Shown: positions 1 to 9,180, counted from the stretch's first letter. The stretch is 32,000 nt of DNA from Halogeometricum borinquense DSM 11551 (GCF_000172995.2 NC_014729.1:90001-122000); one strand, 5' to 3'. Notes: a model not told the origin generated them from the letters alone. Numbers and translations: made by a program.

Positions 1-84
1 GCGTCTTCGCGCTTCTCGTCGGGGTTGAACTGGCTCGGCGGCGGTGTGATGGTCGCACTCGGTGTCGGCGTCGCTGTCGAGTGA
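1..84 (+). CDS. 3' end of an unidentified CDS entering from upstream of the window (...NWLGGGVMVALGVGVAVE*)
   Basis: Frame 1 is open from base 1 to TGA at 82-84. It has a strong G/C third-position bias and a hydrophobic C-terminus. The fragment is too short to assign a family. Confidence 0.25.
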   Translation, partial: ASSRFSSGLNWLGGGVMVALGVGVAVE

Positions 85-152
85 GAGGCGAATCTGGAGT
101 GGAAACAGGGGGGTTCCGAAGTCGGATCGACGTGCGAACCGACGTCGGTTGA

Positions 153-1493
153 TTACTCGTCTTCCCCGAGGAGGCGTTCGACCATCCGCTCGGGGTCGAA
201 CTGTTCGATGTCGTCGTAGCCCTGTCCCACACCGAGGAAGAGAATCGGTTTCCCCGTGACGTAGGCGATCGAGATAGCCGCGCCGCCATTGGAGTCGGCA
301 TCGGCCTTCGTCAACACGGCCCCGTCGATCTCAGCGGCCTCGTTGAACTGCTTGGCACGTTCGACGGCGTCCTGTCCGGCGACGGCCTCGTCGACGAACA
401 GCGTCAGGTCGGGTTCGACCACGCGGTCGATCTTCTCCAACTGCGCCATCAGGTCGTTGGACGTGTGCAGTCGGCCTGCAGTGTCTCCGAGGACGACGTC
501 GATATCGTGCGCCTCGGCGTACTCAACGGCGTCGTAGATGACTGCCGCCGGGTCACCACCCTGTTCGTGGGAGATGATTTTCGTATCGAGGTTCTCCGCG
601 TGCTTGCGAATCTGCTCGTTTGCTCCCGCACGGTAGGTGTCGCCGTTCGCGAGCACGACCGAGAGGCCCTGTTTCTCGAAGTAGCGGGCCATCTTGGCGA
701 TACTCGTCGTCTTCCCGACGCCGTTGACGCCGGTGAAGATGAGCGTGACGGGCTTGTCCGCCTCGGCGATTCGCTGATCGAAGTCGAACTGGCCGACGCT
801 GATCACGTCGTAGAGGGCGTCGTGAAGCGCCTCCTGGACGAGTTGGCCCATCGTCTCGACCTGTCGTCGCGTCTCGCCGACCATCTTCTCGCGGATGGTG
901 TCCAGAATCTCCTCTGCGACGTGCATCTCCACGTCGCTCTCCAAGAGCGCCATCTCCAGTTCCCAGAGGGGGTCTTCGAGGTCTTCCTCCTCGATAATGA
1001 CCTTCCCCGTGGCGAACGCCGCCGCGCGCTTGAGTCGGCCCGCGCCGGACGACTCCTTCTGTCCGGATTCAAGGGCTTCGTTTGCGGCGTCAGAGGCGAG
1101 TCGCTCCCGACTGGACGCCGCTTCGTCCGCTTCGTCCGCAGCGGAGTCGTCCGCCGTGTCGCCACTCTCGTCTCCCGTCTCGGGCGTCTCAGAGTCCGGC
1201 GCAGGCGACGCTTGGGCATCAGCCGTTTCCGCCTCCGTCTCGGACGTTGTGTCGTCCGCATCCGAGACCGTGGCACTGTCGGCCGTCGTCTCAGTGGGTT
1301 CGTTCTCGCCGCCGACGGCCTCCGTGGCGTCCGCGTCGTGCGTCTCGGCGTCCGGAGTCTCTGTCTCGGTATCCGCGTCCGTGGTGTCGGCCGCTGCCTC
1401 CGCAGCCTCAGCTTGCGCTTCGGCCTTCTCTTCGGCGGTGTCCTCGACGTTCTCGCGGAAACTGTTGAGCTTCTTTTTCAGTCCGTCGAACAT
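153..1493 (-). CDS. ftsY: Signal recognition particle receptor FtsY
   Basis: 446-aa ORF. The C-terminal NG GTPase domain has GVNGVGKTT (P-loop), DTAGR and TKADA motifs. A long acidic T/E/D/A-rich N-terminal A-domain is present. It sits at the end of the conserved archaeal L39e-L31e-eIF6-LX-PfdA-FtsY cluster. Confidence 0.95.
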   Translation of the reverse strand: MFDGLKKKLNSFRENVEDTAEEKAEAQAEAAEAAADTTDADTETETPDAETHDADATEAVGGENEPTETTADSATVSDADDTTSETEAETADAQASPAPDSETPETGDESGDTADDSAADEADEAASSRERLASDAANEALESGQKESSGAGRLKRAAAFATGKVIIEEEDLEDPLWELEMALLESDVEMHVAEEILDTIREKMVGETRRQVETMGQLVQEALHDALYDVISVGQFDFDQRIAEADKPVTLIFTGVNGVGKTTSIAKMARYFEKQGLSVVLANGDTYRAGANEQIRKHAENLDTKIISHEQGGDPAAVIYDAVEYAEAHDIDVVLGDTAGRLHTSNDLMAQLEKIDRVVEPDLTLFVDEAVAGQDAVERAKQFNEAAEIDGAVLTKADADSNGGAAISIAYVTGKPILFLGVGQGYDDIEQFDPERMVERLLGEDE

Positions 1494-1529
1494 GTGAAAG
1501 TGAAAGCGTGTGAACCGGGGTCGAAGACG

Positions 1530-1991
1530 TTACTCGTCGTCGTCTTCCTGCATCTGCTGCATCTGCTGCATCTGCTGTTGCTGCATCTGCTGTTGCATCT
1601 GCTGGGCCTGCTGTTCGAGTTCGGAGCTCTCGTCTTCGAGATCCGAAATCTCGCCCTGAACCGCTGCGATGCGCTCGTCAATCGAGTCCTGCTTCAGGCG
1701 GAGTGCCTCGATGGCGTCGTCCTGCTCTTGCTCTGCGGCGTAGTCGCCGCCGAGACCGACGATGACCTCGTCGATGTCCTGCACGTCGGCACGGAGGTAC
1801 GCGCCGCCGCCGAGGGGAACCTGAACGGTCGAACCCGTCTCCAGCGTCTCGATAGCCTCGATGGCCTCGTCGATTTCACTCTTCTCCTGCTGAAGGTCCG
1901 AGACGTCGCCTTCGAGCTCTTCGATCTCTTGCTCGATGGCCTGCAGTTCCTGGGAGAGCTGCTGGAGTTGCTGCTGTCCGCCACCCATCAT
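1530..1991 (-). CDS. pfdA: Prefoldin alpha subunit
   Basis: 153-aa ORF with two coiled-coil arms flanking a beta-hairpin core (VQVPLGGGAYLRADV...VIVGLGGDY). Conserved position between rplX and ftsY. Its start ATG overlaps the rplX stop (ATGA at 1988-1991). Confidence 0.9.
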   Translation of the reverse strand: MMGGGQQQLQQLSQELQAIEQEIEELEGDVSDLQQEKSEIDEAIEAIETLETGSTVQVPLGGGAYLRADVQDIDEVIVGLGGDYAAEQEQDDAIEALRLKQDSIDERIAAVQGEISDLEDESSELEQQAQQMQQQMQQQQMQQMQQMQEDDDE

Positions 1992-2164
1992 TGTGCGGAC
2001 ACCTCCGTAATCTCGATCTGGGTACGCTTGAGACCGTGCTGGCTCCCGATGTTCGAGAAGACGCGGTCGCGGGCGACGTTCTCGTTGGGTGCGTCGACGA
2101 CGGTCTGGAACTCGCTGTAGCCGTCGCGGCTCTGGAACTGGCCGCTCACAGTAAATTGGCTCAT
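1988..2164 (-). CDS. rplX: 50S ribosomal protein L18Ae/LX (58 aa, below the ORF-track cutoff)
   Basis: Hand translation gives MSQFTVSGQFQSRDGYSEFQTVVDAPNENVARDRVFSNIGSQHGLKRTQIEITEVSAQ*. Size, sequence style and position between eif6 and pfdA match archaeal LX. The stop overlaps the pfdA start. Confidence 0.8.
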   Translation of the reverse strand: MSQFTVSGQFQSRDGYSEFQTVVDAPNENVARDRVFSNIGSQHGLKRTQIEITEVSAQ

Positions 2165-2296
2165 ACCCGCATCCTCGGCCCGCGAGCGGGAAGTATCTTC
2201 CTACTCGGAGAGGGGAACGGCAAGACGGCGGCCGAATCGGAGGATAGCGGCGATGCTCAGAGACGAAAAGAGCGGAGAAGAGAAGACGCGCGGCGG

Positions 2297-2962
2297 TCAG
2301 TCGAGGTAGCCGAGCGTGTCTTCGACGCGGCCGAGTTCGGGACCGGTCGTCTCCTCGCCGACGACGTATCCGAACTCGTTTGCGACCAGCCCGGATCCGA
2401 CGAGCGGTGCGCCGTAGTTGACCGTACCGATGTCGGCGCGCACGTCGAGGAGTTCTTCGAGCGCTTCCAACTCGGGTTCGCGGGACTTGGGATGACAGAG
2501 TACCCCGTCGTTCGTCGCCACGGCGGCGGTGCCAGCCGTGCGAACGTCCGCGAGATCACCGCGTTCGGCGGGTACGTCGAGTGCGTCTTCGACGACGGCG
2601 AGTGCCTCGTCGGAGAGGTCGGGATGGACGTACGCACCCGAATCGTTAGCGAGGACGACGTTCCCGGCGGCGTTGATGCGACCGGGGAGTTCAGTTACGG
2701 GGACGCCCGCAACGTCCTCGATAGTCTCCTTCTCTCGCTCGGTAGCGCGGGCAGACACGAGGATTCCGTTGTCGTTGCCCATCGCTAAGGCACCGACTGT
2801 TCCGGATCCACCGACGGTGGTTCTCACCGCGGGGACGTCCAGTTCCGCGGTCATCGCGTCAACGACGTCGTCCTCGGCGTCCGGTCGGACCAACAGCACG
2901 TGGTCGGTCACACAGGCGAAGACGCCGACGTACGCCGAGCCAGCGAAGGAGGCGCGGAGCAC
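2297..2962 (-). CDS. eif6: Translation initiation factor 6 (aIF6)
   Basis: 221-aa ORF with the five-fold pseudo-repeat pattern typical of eIF6 ([40 protein letters not shown]). It lies directly downstream of rpl31e (2-nt gap). Confidence 0.93.
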   Translation of the reverse strand: MLRASFAGSAYVGVFACVTDHVLLVRPDAEDDVVDAMTAELDVPAVRTTVGGSGTVGALAMGNDNGILVSARATEREKETIEDVAGVPVTELPGRINAAGNVVLANDSGAYVHPDLSDEALAVVEDALDVPAERGDLADVRTAGTAAVATNDGVLCHPKSREPELEALEELLDVRADIGTVNYGAPLVGSGLVANEFGYVVGEETTGPELGRVEDTLGYLD

Positions 2963-2964
2963 CG

Positions 2965-3243
2965 TTATTCGGCCGGTTCGGCTTCGACGATCTGTTCGCC
3001 GTCTTCGTCGAATCGAGCGGCGCGAACGCGGAACTTGCTCGGCGGGGTCTGCCGACCGCGGCCGCCGATTTGCTCGTTAATTTCGGGTTCGAGACGGACG
3101 TCCTCGGGATCGACCGAGAAGTGCTGTGCGAGGTGTTCGCGGATGATCTTCATCGCGCGGCCCGCACGCTCGTACGAGGGGACGGCCTTCACGTCACGAA
3201 GCGGTACCGTAATGACTCGTTCTTCGAAATCGCTTGCACTCAT
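2965..3243 (-). CDS. rpl31e: 50S ribosomal protein L31e
   Basis: 92-aa ORF ([18 protein letters not shown]...[13 protein letters not shown]) with a typical L31e sequence and operon position. Confidence 0.95.
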   Translation of the reverse strand: MSASDFEERVITVPLRDVKAVPSYERAGRAMKIIREHLAQHFSVDPEDVRLEPEINEQIGGRGRQTPPSKFRVRAARFDEDGEQIVEAEPAE

Positions 3244-3246
3244 TGC

Positions 3247-3399
3247 TTACTCGTCCGTGTCACTCCGCCGCCAGTTGCGACGCTTGGGGTTTCGCGTGAC
3301 TTCCATGTCAGTCTTCATCATGACCCACGCCGGGACACGACTGTTCTGACGCTCCAGTTTGGCCAGCCGCTTCTTCTTGGCCTTCGACTTCTTGCTCAT
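3247..3399 (-). CDS. rpl39e: 50S ribosomal protein L39e (50 aa, below the ORF-track cutoff)
   Basis: Hand translation gives [50 protein letters not shown]. This is a very basic L39e-type sequence and the first gene of the ribosomal cluster. Confidence 0.9.
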   Translation of the reverse strand: MSKKSKAKKKRLAKLERQNSRVPAWVMMKTDMEVTRNPKRRNWRRSDTDE

Positions 3400-3425
3400 G
3401 GTGTCCGGAACTACCCTCGGCCTGC

Positions 3426-3431
3426 ATAAAA
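3426..3431 (-). promoter_or_regulatory. TATA-like box (TTTTAT on the minus strand) for the rpl39e operon
   Basis: An AT hexamer centred about 27-30 nt upstream of the rpl39e ATG at 3399. This is the spacing expected for a leaderless haloarchaeal transcript. Confidence 0.5.
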
Positions 3432-3576
3432 TCTTGTTCCTTCGGTTCCGCCGGAGAGAGGGACGCTCAGGGGCTCGATACCGGCGGTCTCACGCGGTTT
3501 GAGCCGTCACCGAGCGACCGAACGAGTCATGCCGGAACCGAGTCATTCAGGATGGCCTGATACCTCGAATCGCACG

Positions 3577-4518
3577 ATGCGTCATCGGACTACTGCCGCC
3601 TTCGTCTTCCTCTCTGCGATATGGGGAACCGCCTTCGTCGCCACAAAGGTCGGTCTCGCCTCGTTGCCGCCAACCTTGTTCGCTGCGATGCGATTCGATA
3701 TCGCGGCGGCCGTGCTGTTCGGCTTCGCCTTCATCCGAAGCGACCGACTCCGCCCAACGTCGCGCACCGAGTGGTACCCGATCATCACCGGTGGGATGCT
3801 CAACATCGGCATCCACCATGCCTTCCTGTTCTCCGGGCAGGCGTACATCGATAACGCCGCTGTCCCCGCTGTTCTCTTGGGCCTCATTCCGGTCATCACA
3901 CCCGTACTTACACGACTAACCACCTCGTCCGAACGCCTCTCGGCGGTCGGCGTCGTCGGCCTCGTCCTCGGTTTCACCGGCGTCGTCGTCATCGCCGACC
4001 CGAAGCCGGAAGCCCTCCTCTCTTCTGACCTCATGGGCGTCGGACTCGTTCTCGCGTCCGCGGTGGCGTTCGCACTCGGGGCGGTTCTCACGCACGGGTC
4101 CAAGTCGGAACTGCCGTTCTTTTCGATACAAGCGTGGACGATGCTCATCGGAGCGGTCTTCCTGCACGCGACGAGCGTCGCCCTCCCGTGGGAATCGTTC
4201 GCCGGCGCGAGATGGACACTTGACGCAGTCATCTCTCTCGTGTACCTCGGCGTCGTCGCCGGAGCGGGCGGATTCGGGCTGTACTTCTGGTTACTCGACC
4301 ACATCGGTCCCATCGAGGCGAGCCTCTTGGAGTACGTCATTCCCGTCTTCGCCGCCATCGGCGGGTGGATTATCCGCGGAAACGCTATCGATACGAACAC
4401 GGTCATCGGATTCGCCGTCATCTTCGTCGGCTTCCTCCTCGTCAAGCGTGCGGACGTTCGACGGGAACTGGTTCGACTCCGAGAACGCAGTCGGACCGCA
4501 GCAAGCGACGCCGACTGA
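3577..4518 (+). CDS. EamA/DMT-family transporter
   Basis: About 10 predicted TM helices in two halves, with the N-terminal FVFLSAIWGTAFVATKVGL motif typical of EamA domains. I prefer the start at ATG 3577 (313 aa). The upstream part of the 339-aa ORF is non-hydrophobic and begins with TTG. Confidence 0.8.
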   Translation: MRHRTTAAFVFLSAIWGTAFVATKVGLASLPPTLFAAMRFDIAAAVLFGFAFIRSDRLRPTSRTEWYPIITGGMLNIGIHHAFLFSGQAYIDNAAVPAVLLGLIPVITPVLTRLTTSSERLSAVGVVGLVLGFTGVVVIADPKPEALLSSDLMGVGLVLASAVAFALGAVLTHGSKSELPFFSIQAWTMLIGAVFLHATSVALPWESFAGARWTLDAVISLVYLGVVAGAGGFGLYFWLLDHIGPIEASLLEYVIPVFAAIGGWIIRGNAIDTNTVIGFAVIFVGFLLVKRADVRRELVRLRERSRTAASDAD

Positions 4519-4536
4519 AACCGAGTCGCTGAGAAA

Positions 4537-5100
4537 TCAATCGAGCGGATACCGGCGCACCGTCTCGTACCGCGGACCGTCGTTCGTCAGCGTACTCTGT
4601 TTCAGCCGAACTTCCTCGACGTGAAACGTCCCGAGATCCGGGTCTTCCTCGCGGACGACACGCTGAACGTGGTCTTTACCGCGTGCGTCGTCCATTCGTG
4701 CGATAGTCACGTGTGGCGTGAACGAGTGGTCTTCCGGATCGAATCCACGCTCGACGGTCTCGCGTTCGATGGCCTCCGCGAGGGTGGTCGTCTTCGCCGC
4801 ACCGCCATCGTCGCGGACGCCCGCCCAGACGACGCTGATATACTCGATGGAGGGGAAGACGCCGAATCCGCCGACGGTGGCATCGTACGGATCTACGTCG
4901 GCAGCAGCTATCGCCGCCTCCAGCGCCTCGTCGATGTCTTCGAGGCGGTCCTCGTCGGTGTCTCCGAGGAATTTCATCGTCACGTGCGCCTGTGAAGGGT
5001 CGGTAAAGCGAAGGCCCTCGGCATCAGCGAAGCGTTCCTGCGCCGCCTCGACTGACTCGGTGAGCGAGTCGGGCAAGTCGATGCTCACAAACAGTCGCAT
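4537..5100 (-). CDS. thpR: RNA 2',3'-cyclic phosphodiesterase (2H phosphoesterase, ThpR/LigT family)
   Basis: 187 aa with the two H-x-T/S-x motifs of the 2H superfamily (HVTMKF and HVTIAR) at the expected spacing. Confidence 0.85.
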   Translation of the reverse strand: MRLFVSIDLPDSLTESVEAAQERFADAEGLRFTDPSQAHVTMKFLGDTDEDRLEDIDEALEAAIAAADVDPYDATVGGFGVFPSIEYISVVWAGVRDDGGAAKTTTLAEAIERETVERGFDPEDHSFTPHVTIARMDDARGKDHVQRVVREEDPDLGTFHVEEVRLKQSTLTNDGPRYETVRRYPLD

Positions 5101-5156
5101 ACAGGAAAAACGCGCTCCCGTCGGTTCAACGTTCGGCCCGAGCGCACCGCCTCACC

Positions 5157-5942
5157 CTACTGGTCGCCGTATTCAATCCCGAACGTTTCCCGTAGCAGAC
5201 GACGGTACTCGGCTTCGTCCACCGACTGCTCGTCCGTCTCATCCCCGCGCGTTCGACTGAAGACCGTCGGTTTCAGCTTCGCGTGTCCGTCCGGCGTCGG
5301 CTTCACGACAACGGGGTCGCCCGTGAACCCCGATTCAGGTGCCGACTGGAGGTAGTCGCACGTCGCCGCGAAGTAGTCCAATTCCCGTCGCGTCGAGTCG
5401 AACACGTACCGGTCCTGCCAGTCGTCGGACTCGCAGTACTGCAAGAGGTATTCGGCGTCTGGTCGGTCGCTATCGGCGGTTCGCCACGCGACGCCCGCCT
5501 CATCTCGGTCAACCGACTCGCCGAGCGGAACCGGGCGGCGGAGCATCGGCGCACCCATCCCGGCATCAACGAGGTGGTCGTCACCGTTGAGAGTCACGAG
5601 GAGCGGGTGGTGGTTCGCCGGGAGTTCGAGGTCGGAGACCATCCGCGCAGCGACGCGGGTCACGTCGAACCCGAGTTCGGTGAGCAACCAGCCGAACAGC
5701 CCGTTCAACTCGAAGCAGAAGCCGCCTCGGTGCCGTTCGACGACTTTCTCGTAGAGGGCCGGGATCGAGAGAACGATACCCTCGCCGTCGCGGGCGCCGT
5801 GCGGATCACCGGTGATAGAGAGCGTCTCGAACGGGACCGAAGTCACGTGTGCACGCTGGAGGCGTTCGAGCGCTTGGAACGTTGGGTCGGCGACCCGGTC
5901 GGGATCAACGGCAAGACGTTCGAGGTATCGGTCCGGATCCAT
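5157..5942 (-). CDS. Arylamine N-acetyltransferase (NAT) family protein
   Basis: Catalytic-triad contexts are recognisable: RGGFCFELNG (Cys), NHHPLLV (His) and HLVDAGMG (Asp), plus the N-terminal YLERL...PFETL motif. The start is set at MDPDRYLERL (ATG 5942), which has a TATA-like GTTTATCG about 27 nt upstream. The longer ORF to 6086 would overlap the divergent gene. Confidence 0.8.
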   Translation of the reverse strand: MDPDRYLERLAVDPDRVADPTFQALERLQRAHVTSVPFETLSITGDPHGARDGEGIVLSIPALYEKVVERHRGGFCFELNGLFGWLLTELGFDVTRVAARMVSDLELPANHHPLLVTLNGDDHLVDAGMGAPMLRRPVPLGESVDRDEAGVAWRTADSDRPDAEYLLQYCESDDWQDRYVFDSTRRELDYFAATCDYLQSAPESGFTGDPVVVKPTPDGHAKLKPTVFSRTRGDETDEQSVDEAEYRRLLRETFGIEYGDQ

Positions 5943-6084
5943 CGTGTCAGTACACCAAGGGCGAGAGCGATAAACGCTCCCAGAGCCGAGCAGCTTCGAG
6001 TCGGGGCGTTGGTCTCCGTCTCGTTCGGCCGTCCAATATCCGCGTGACGCAGTTCTTAACCGTCTCGACACCCAAATCCGCCGC

Positions 6085-6831
6085 ATGGCAGAAGACGGCG
6101 AGCGAGACAGACCCCATCGTTTCTCTGAGGGACAGGGGTTCAGCGAGGACTACGAGGAGTTCTCGCTCGACCCGCCGGAACTGAACGTCGATCCGGCGAA
6201 GGTGGACCCCGTCGATACGCGGGTCATCACCGACGAACTCGACGAACGGAACATCGCAAAAGACCAAGTTGACGTCGAACAACTCGTCGATGTCGGCCTC
6301 TCGTACATGCAGATCAACCGCTTCGAGGAGGCCACCGAGACGTTCGAGCGCGCCGCCCAGTTCGCTGACGAGGATTCCCTCGAAGCGCAGGAGGCGTGGG
6401 TGAACAAGGGTGCCGCACACGCACAGCTCGAAGAGTACGACGAGGCAATCGGCGCGTATAAAGAAGCCCTACGCATCGACGACGACTCCGAACACGCGGC
6501 GTCGGCCGAGACGAATCTCGCCTACGCCCTCTGGCAGTTCGGCGAAACCGAAGAGGCGCTCCACCACGCAGAGCGTGCTGTCGAAATCGACCCGCGATTC
6601 GCACAGGCGTGGTACAACCGCGGCTTCTTCCTGCAGGAACGGGGGCTGAGCGAGGACGCCGTCAACGCGTTCGACAACGCCATCCGCCTCGGAATGCGCA
6701 ACGCCGATGTCCTCGAAGAGAAGGCCCGAGCGCTGGAGGAACTCGGCCGCGAGGACGAGGCCGAACAGGTCCAACAGCAGGCTGACGAACTCCGACAGCA
6801 GCAAGAACAGGAGCTCATCGAGGACCGGTGA
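6085..6831 (+). CDS. TPR-repeat protein
   Basis: 248-aa acidic protein with repeated 34-residue A/Y/W-patterned helical pairs (e.g. AWVNKGAAHAQLEEYDEAIGAYKEALRID and AWYNRGFFLQERGLSEDAVNAFDNAIRL). Confidence 0.8.
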   Translation: MAEDGERDRPHRFSEGQGFSEDYEEFSLDPPELNVDPAKVDPVDTRVITDELDERNIAKDQVDVEQLVDVGLSYMQINRFEEATETFERAAQFADEDSLEAQEAWVNKGAAHAQLEEYDEAIGAYKEALRIDDDSEHAASAETNLAYALWQFGETEEALHHAERAVEIDPRFAQAWYNRGFFLQERGLSEDAVNAFDNAIRLGMRNADVLEEKARALEELGREDEAEQVQQQADELRQQQEQELIEDR

Positions 6832-7133
6832 TGCTGCTCCGAGAACGAGAAACGCCGGAAGGGCTACTCGTCTCCGTCTGTGACCGTGATTGCCTCGGCG
6901 AAACCTACGAGGACGGTCAGGTATCCCTCGAAGTAACCGAGGAGTTCTACGGCGGTGAGGAAGCCGACAAGGTGGACGCCGACGCCGTCGTGGACAGTCT
7001 GACGCGTGCGACAGTGGCGAACATCGTCGGCGAGCGCGCGGTCGGCGTCGCTATCGATGCGGGTATCGTAGACGAGGAGACGGTGCTGGACGTCGGTGAG
7101 ACGCGACACGCACAACTGCTTTGGATGCGGTAG
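6831..7133 (+). CDS. DUF424-family protein (conserved archaeal, unknown function)
   Basis: MLLRERETPEGLLVSVCDRDCLGETYEDG... matches my recollection of archaeal DUF424 proteins. The ATG at 6831 overlaps the TPR stop (TGATG); a GTG at 6828 is an alternative start. Confidence 0.75.
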   Translation: MLLRERETPEGLLVSVCDRDCLGETYEDGQVSLEVTEEFYGGEEADKVDADAVVDSLTRATVANIVGERAVGVAIDAGIVDEETVLDVGETRHAQLLWMR

Positions 7134-7161
7134 CAGCGACGACGAACGGCGATGGCGTAAC

Positions 7162-7213
7162 GGCGACCGTAACGGCGATGACGTAGCGGCGACCGTAACG
7201 GCGACGACGTAGC
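7162..7213. repeat. 26-bp direct tandem repeat x2 (GGCGACCGTAACGGCGAYGACGTAGC)
   Basis: The copies at 7162-7187 and 7188-7213 differ at one base (T/C). Partial related sequence (ACGGCGATGGCGTAAC) lies just upstream. It is intergenic, between the DUF424 gene and sufS. Confidence 0.9.
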
Positions 7214-7312
7214 GACGTTCGGTCGAATATCGGACCAAACGTTACCGATTTTGGTTTCGTTATACTGTCGATACCGAAGCGGTGTTAGTGTTGGGACTGT
7301 TAGAGAGGCGTA

Positions 7313-8590
7313 ATGGGAGTGCAGGAATCGTACCCGATAGATGTCGCCACCATCCGTGAGGATTTCCCGATTCTCGACCGGAAGGTCGGCGGCGACTTCA
7401 CAGTTCCCGGAGAGGGCGACGGCGACAGCCTACCGCTCGTTTATCTCGACAACGCGGCGACCACACAGACGCCGAAACAGGTTGTTGATGCCATCGTCGA
7501 ATACTACTACGGCTACAACTCGAACGTCCACCGCGGCATCCACCACCTGAGCCAAGAGGCGTCGGTCGCCTACGAAAACGCCCACGACCGCGTGGCGGAG
7601 TTCATCGGTGCCTCGGGTCGTGAGGAAATCGTCTTCACGAAGAACACGACCGAGGCGATGAATCTCGTCGCCTACGCGTGGGGTCTCGAAGAACTCGAAC
7701 CCGGCGACAAAGTCGTTCTCACGGAGATGGAACACCACGCCTCCTTGGTGACGTGGCAACAGATAGCCAAGAAGACGGGTGCATCCGTCGAATACATCCG
7801 AGTAGATGAGGACGGTCGCCTCGATATGGACCACGCGGCGGACCTGATAGACGAAGACACGAAGATGGTCTCCGTCGTCCACATCTCGAACACCCTCGGG
7901 ACCGTCAACCCCGTCTCCGAACTCGCGGACATGGCCCACGAGGTTGGGTCGTACATCTTCGTAGACGGCGCGCAGTCCGTCCCGACGCGACCCGTTGACG
8001 TGACGGACATCGATGCCGACTTCTTCGCTTTCTCGGGCCACAAGATGCTCGGCCCGACGGGTATCGGCGTCCTCTACGGCAAAGAGGAGATTCTCGAAGA
8101 GATGACGCCGTACCTCTACGGCGGTGAGATGATTCGACGCGTCACCTACGATGACTCGACGTGGGAGGACCTCCCGTGGAAGTTCGAGGCCGGAACGCCC
8201 GTTATCGAACAGGGCATCGCGCTCCACGCGGCTATCGACTATCTCGATGAGATCGGGATGGAAAACGTCCAAGCGCACGAGGAACGTCTCGCAGCGTACG
8301 CGTACGACCGACTGGCCGAGTTCGACGACATCGAGATTTACGGCCCGCCGGGTGACGAACGCGGCGGCCTCGTCGCGTTCAATCTCGACGGCGTCCACGC
8401 GCACGACCTCTCCAGCATCCTCAACGATCACGCTGTCGCCGTCCGCGCTGGAGACCACTGCACGCAACCCCTGCACGACAAACTCGACATCGCCGCCTCG
8501 ACTCGCGCGTCGTTCTACGTGTACAACACGTACGATGAGGTAGACAAACTCATCGAGGCCGTCGACGACGCGCGGACGCTGTTCGCCTGA
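7313..8590 (+). CDS. sufS: Cysteine desulfurase, SufS type (class V aminotransferase)
   Basis: 425 aa with the PLP-lysine motif FSGHKMLGPTG and the catalytic Cys loop RAGDHCTQP. It is followed by a SufU/IscU-like scaffold gene. Confidence 0.93.
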   Translation: MGVQESYPIDVATIREDFPILDRKVGGDFTVPGEGDGDSLPLVYLDNAATTQTPKQVVDAIVEYYYGYNSNVHRGIHHLSQEASVAYENAHDRVAEFIGASGREEIVFTKNTTEAMNLVAYAWGLEELEPGDKVVLTEMEHHASLVTWQQIAKKTGASVEYIRVDEDGRLDMDHAADLIDEDTKMVSVVHISNTLGTVNPVSELADMAHEVGSYIFVDGAQSVPTRPVDVTDIDADFFAFSGHKMLGPTGIGVLYGKEEILEEMTPYLYGGEMIRRVTYDDSTWEDLPWKFEAGTPVIEQGIALHAAIDYLDEIGMENVQAHEERLAAYAYDRLAEFDDIEIYGPPGDERGGLVAFNLDGVHAHDLSSILNDHAVAVRAGDHCTQPLHDKLDIAASTRASFYVYNTYDEVDKLIEAVDDARTLFA

Positions 8591-8714
8591 GCGAACACGT
8601 CGCCGAAACGGATCTTTTTCCCTCCGTTGCACTTACCGAGCCTGCACACTCGACAGTGCGGGGATTGACCGCCCCGGAACCCTTATCCGGCGAACTCGCA
8701 TACGAGCGAACACA

Positions 8715-9140
8715 ATGGGCATGGGCTCGGACATGTATCGGCAGCAGATTCTGGATCACTACAAGAACCCCCGGAACAAGGGCGAGATGGAAGACCCGAC
8801 GTTCTCACACACCGGGGAGAACCCATCCTGTGGCGATACAATTACGATGCAGGTGAAACTGGAAGACGACGACGAAACGATTGAGTTCGTCGCGTTCACC
8901 GGCGACGGCTGTGCTATCAGTCAAGCGTCGGCAAGCATGCTCTCGGAGCGACTGCAAGGGACGACGCTCTCGGAGTTAGAGGAGATGGACACCGACGACG
9001 TGACCGAGATGCTCGGCGTCGATATCTCTCCGATGCGTATCAAGTGCGCCGTCCTCGCTCGGCAGGTTGCCCAGGACGGGGCGGCTATCTACGAAGGTGA
9101 CGCCGAGAAGGCGACGACGACGACCGAAGCCGACGACTAA
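8715..9140 (+). CDS. sufU: SufU/IscU-like Fe-S cluster assembly scaffold
   Basis: 141 aa with YRQQILDHYKNPRN and three conserved Cys contexts (NPSCGD, GDGCAIS, IKCAVL). The start could also be ATG 8721 or 8733. Confidence 0.85.
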   Translation: MGMGSDMYRQQILDHYKNPRNKGEMEDPTFSHTGENPSCGDTITMQVKLEDDDETIEFVAFTGDGCAISQASASMLSERLQGTTLSELEEMDTDDVTEMLGVDISPMRIKCAVLARQVAQDGAAIYEGDAEKATTTTEADD

Positions 9141-9180
9141 CTTCTCGCAGACGGTTGCGTCACGCTGTGCAACTCGTATC

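Noticed and set aside
62-259. 65-aa plus-strand ORF overlapping the ftsY 3' end.
   Set aside because: It is an Arg-rich antisense artefact. The plausible coding signal at the window start is the frame-1 ORF ending at 84.
465-2120. 551-aa plus-strand ORF antisense to ftsY/pfdA. Similar long antisense ORFs occur at 3582-4445, 7430-8632, 9155-10234, 26633-27712 and 27916-28887.
   Set aside because: Each lies opposite a gene with clear family motifs. Their products are Arg/Pro/Ser-rich and basic, unlike the acidic haloarchaeal proteins. Long open antisense frames are expected in GC-rich DNA.
5943-6086. 48-codon extension of the NAT ORF overlapping the TPR gene start.
   Set aside because: The extension is basic and Arg-rich. 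The conserved NAT N-terminus starts at MDPDRYLERL, and a TATA-like box sits 27 nt upstream of that ATG.
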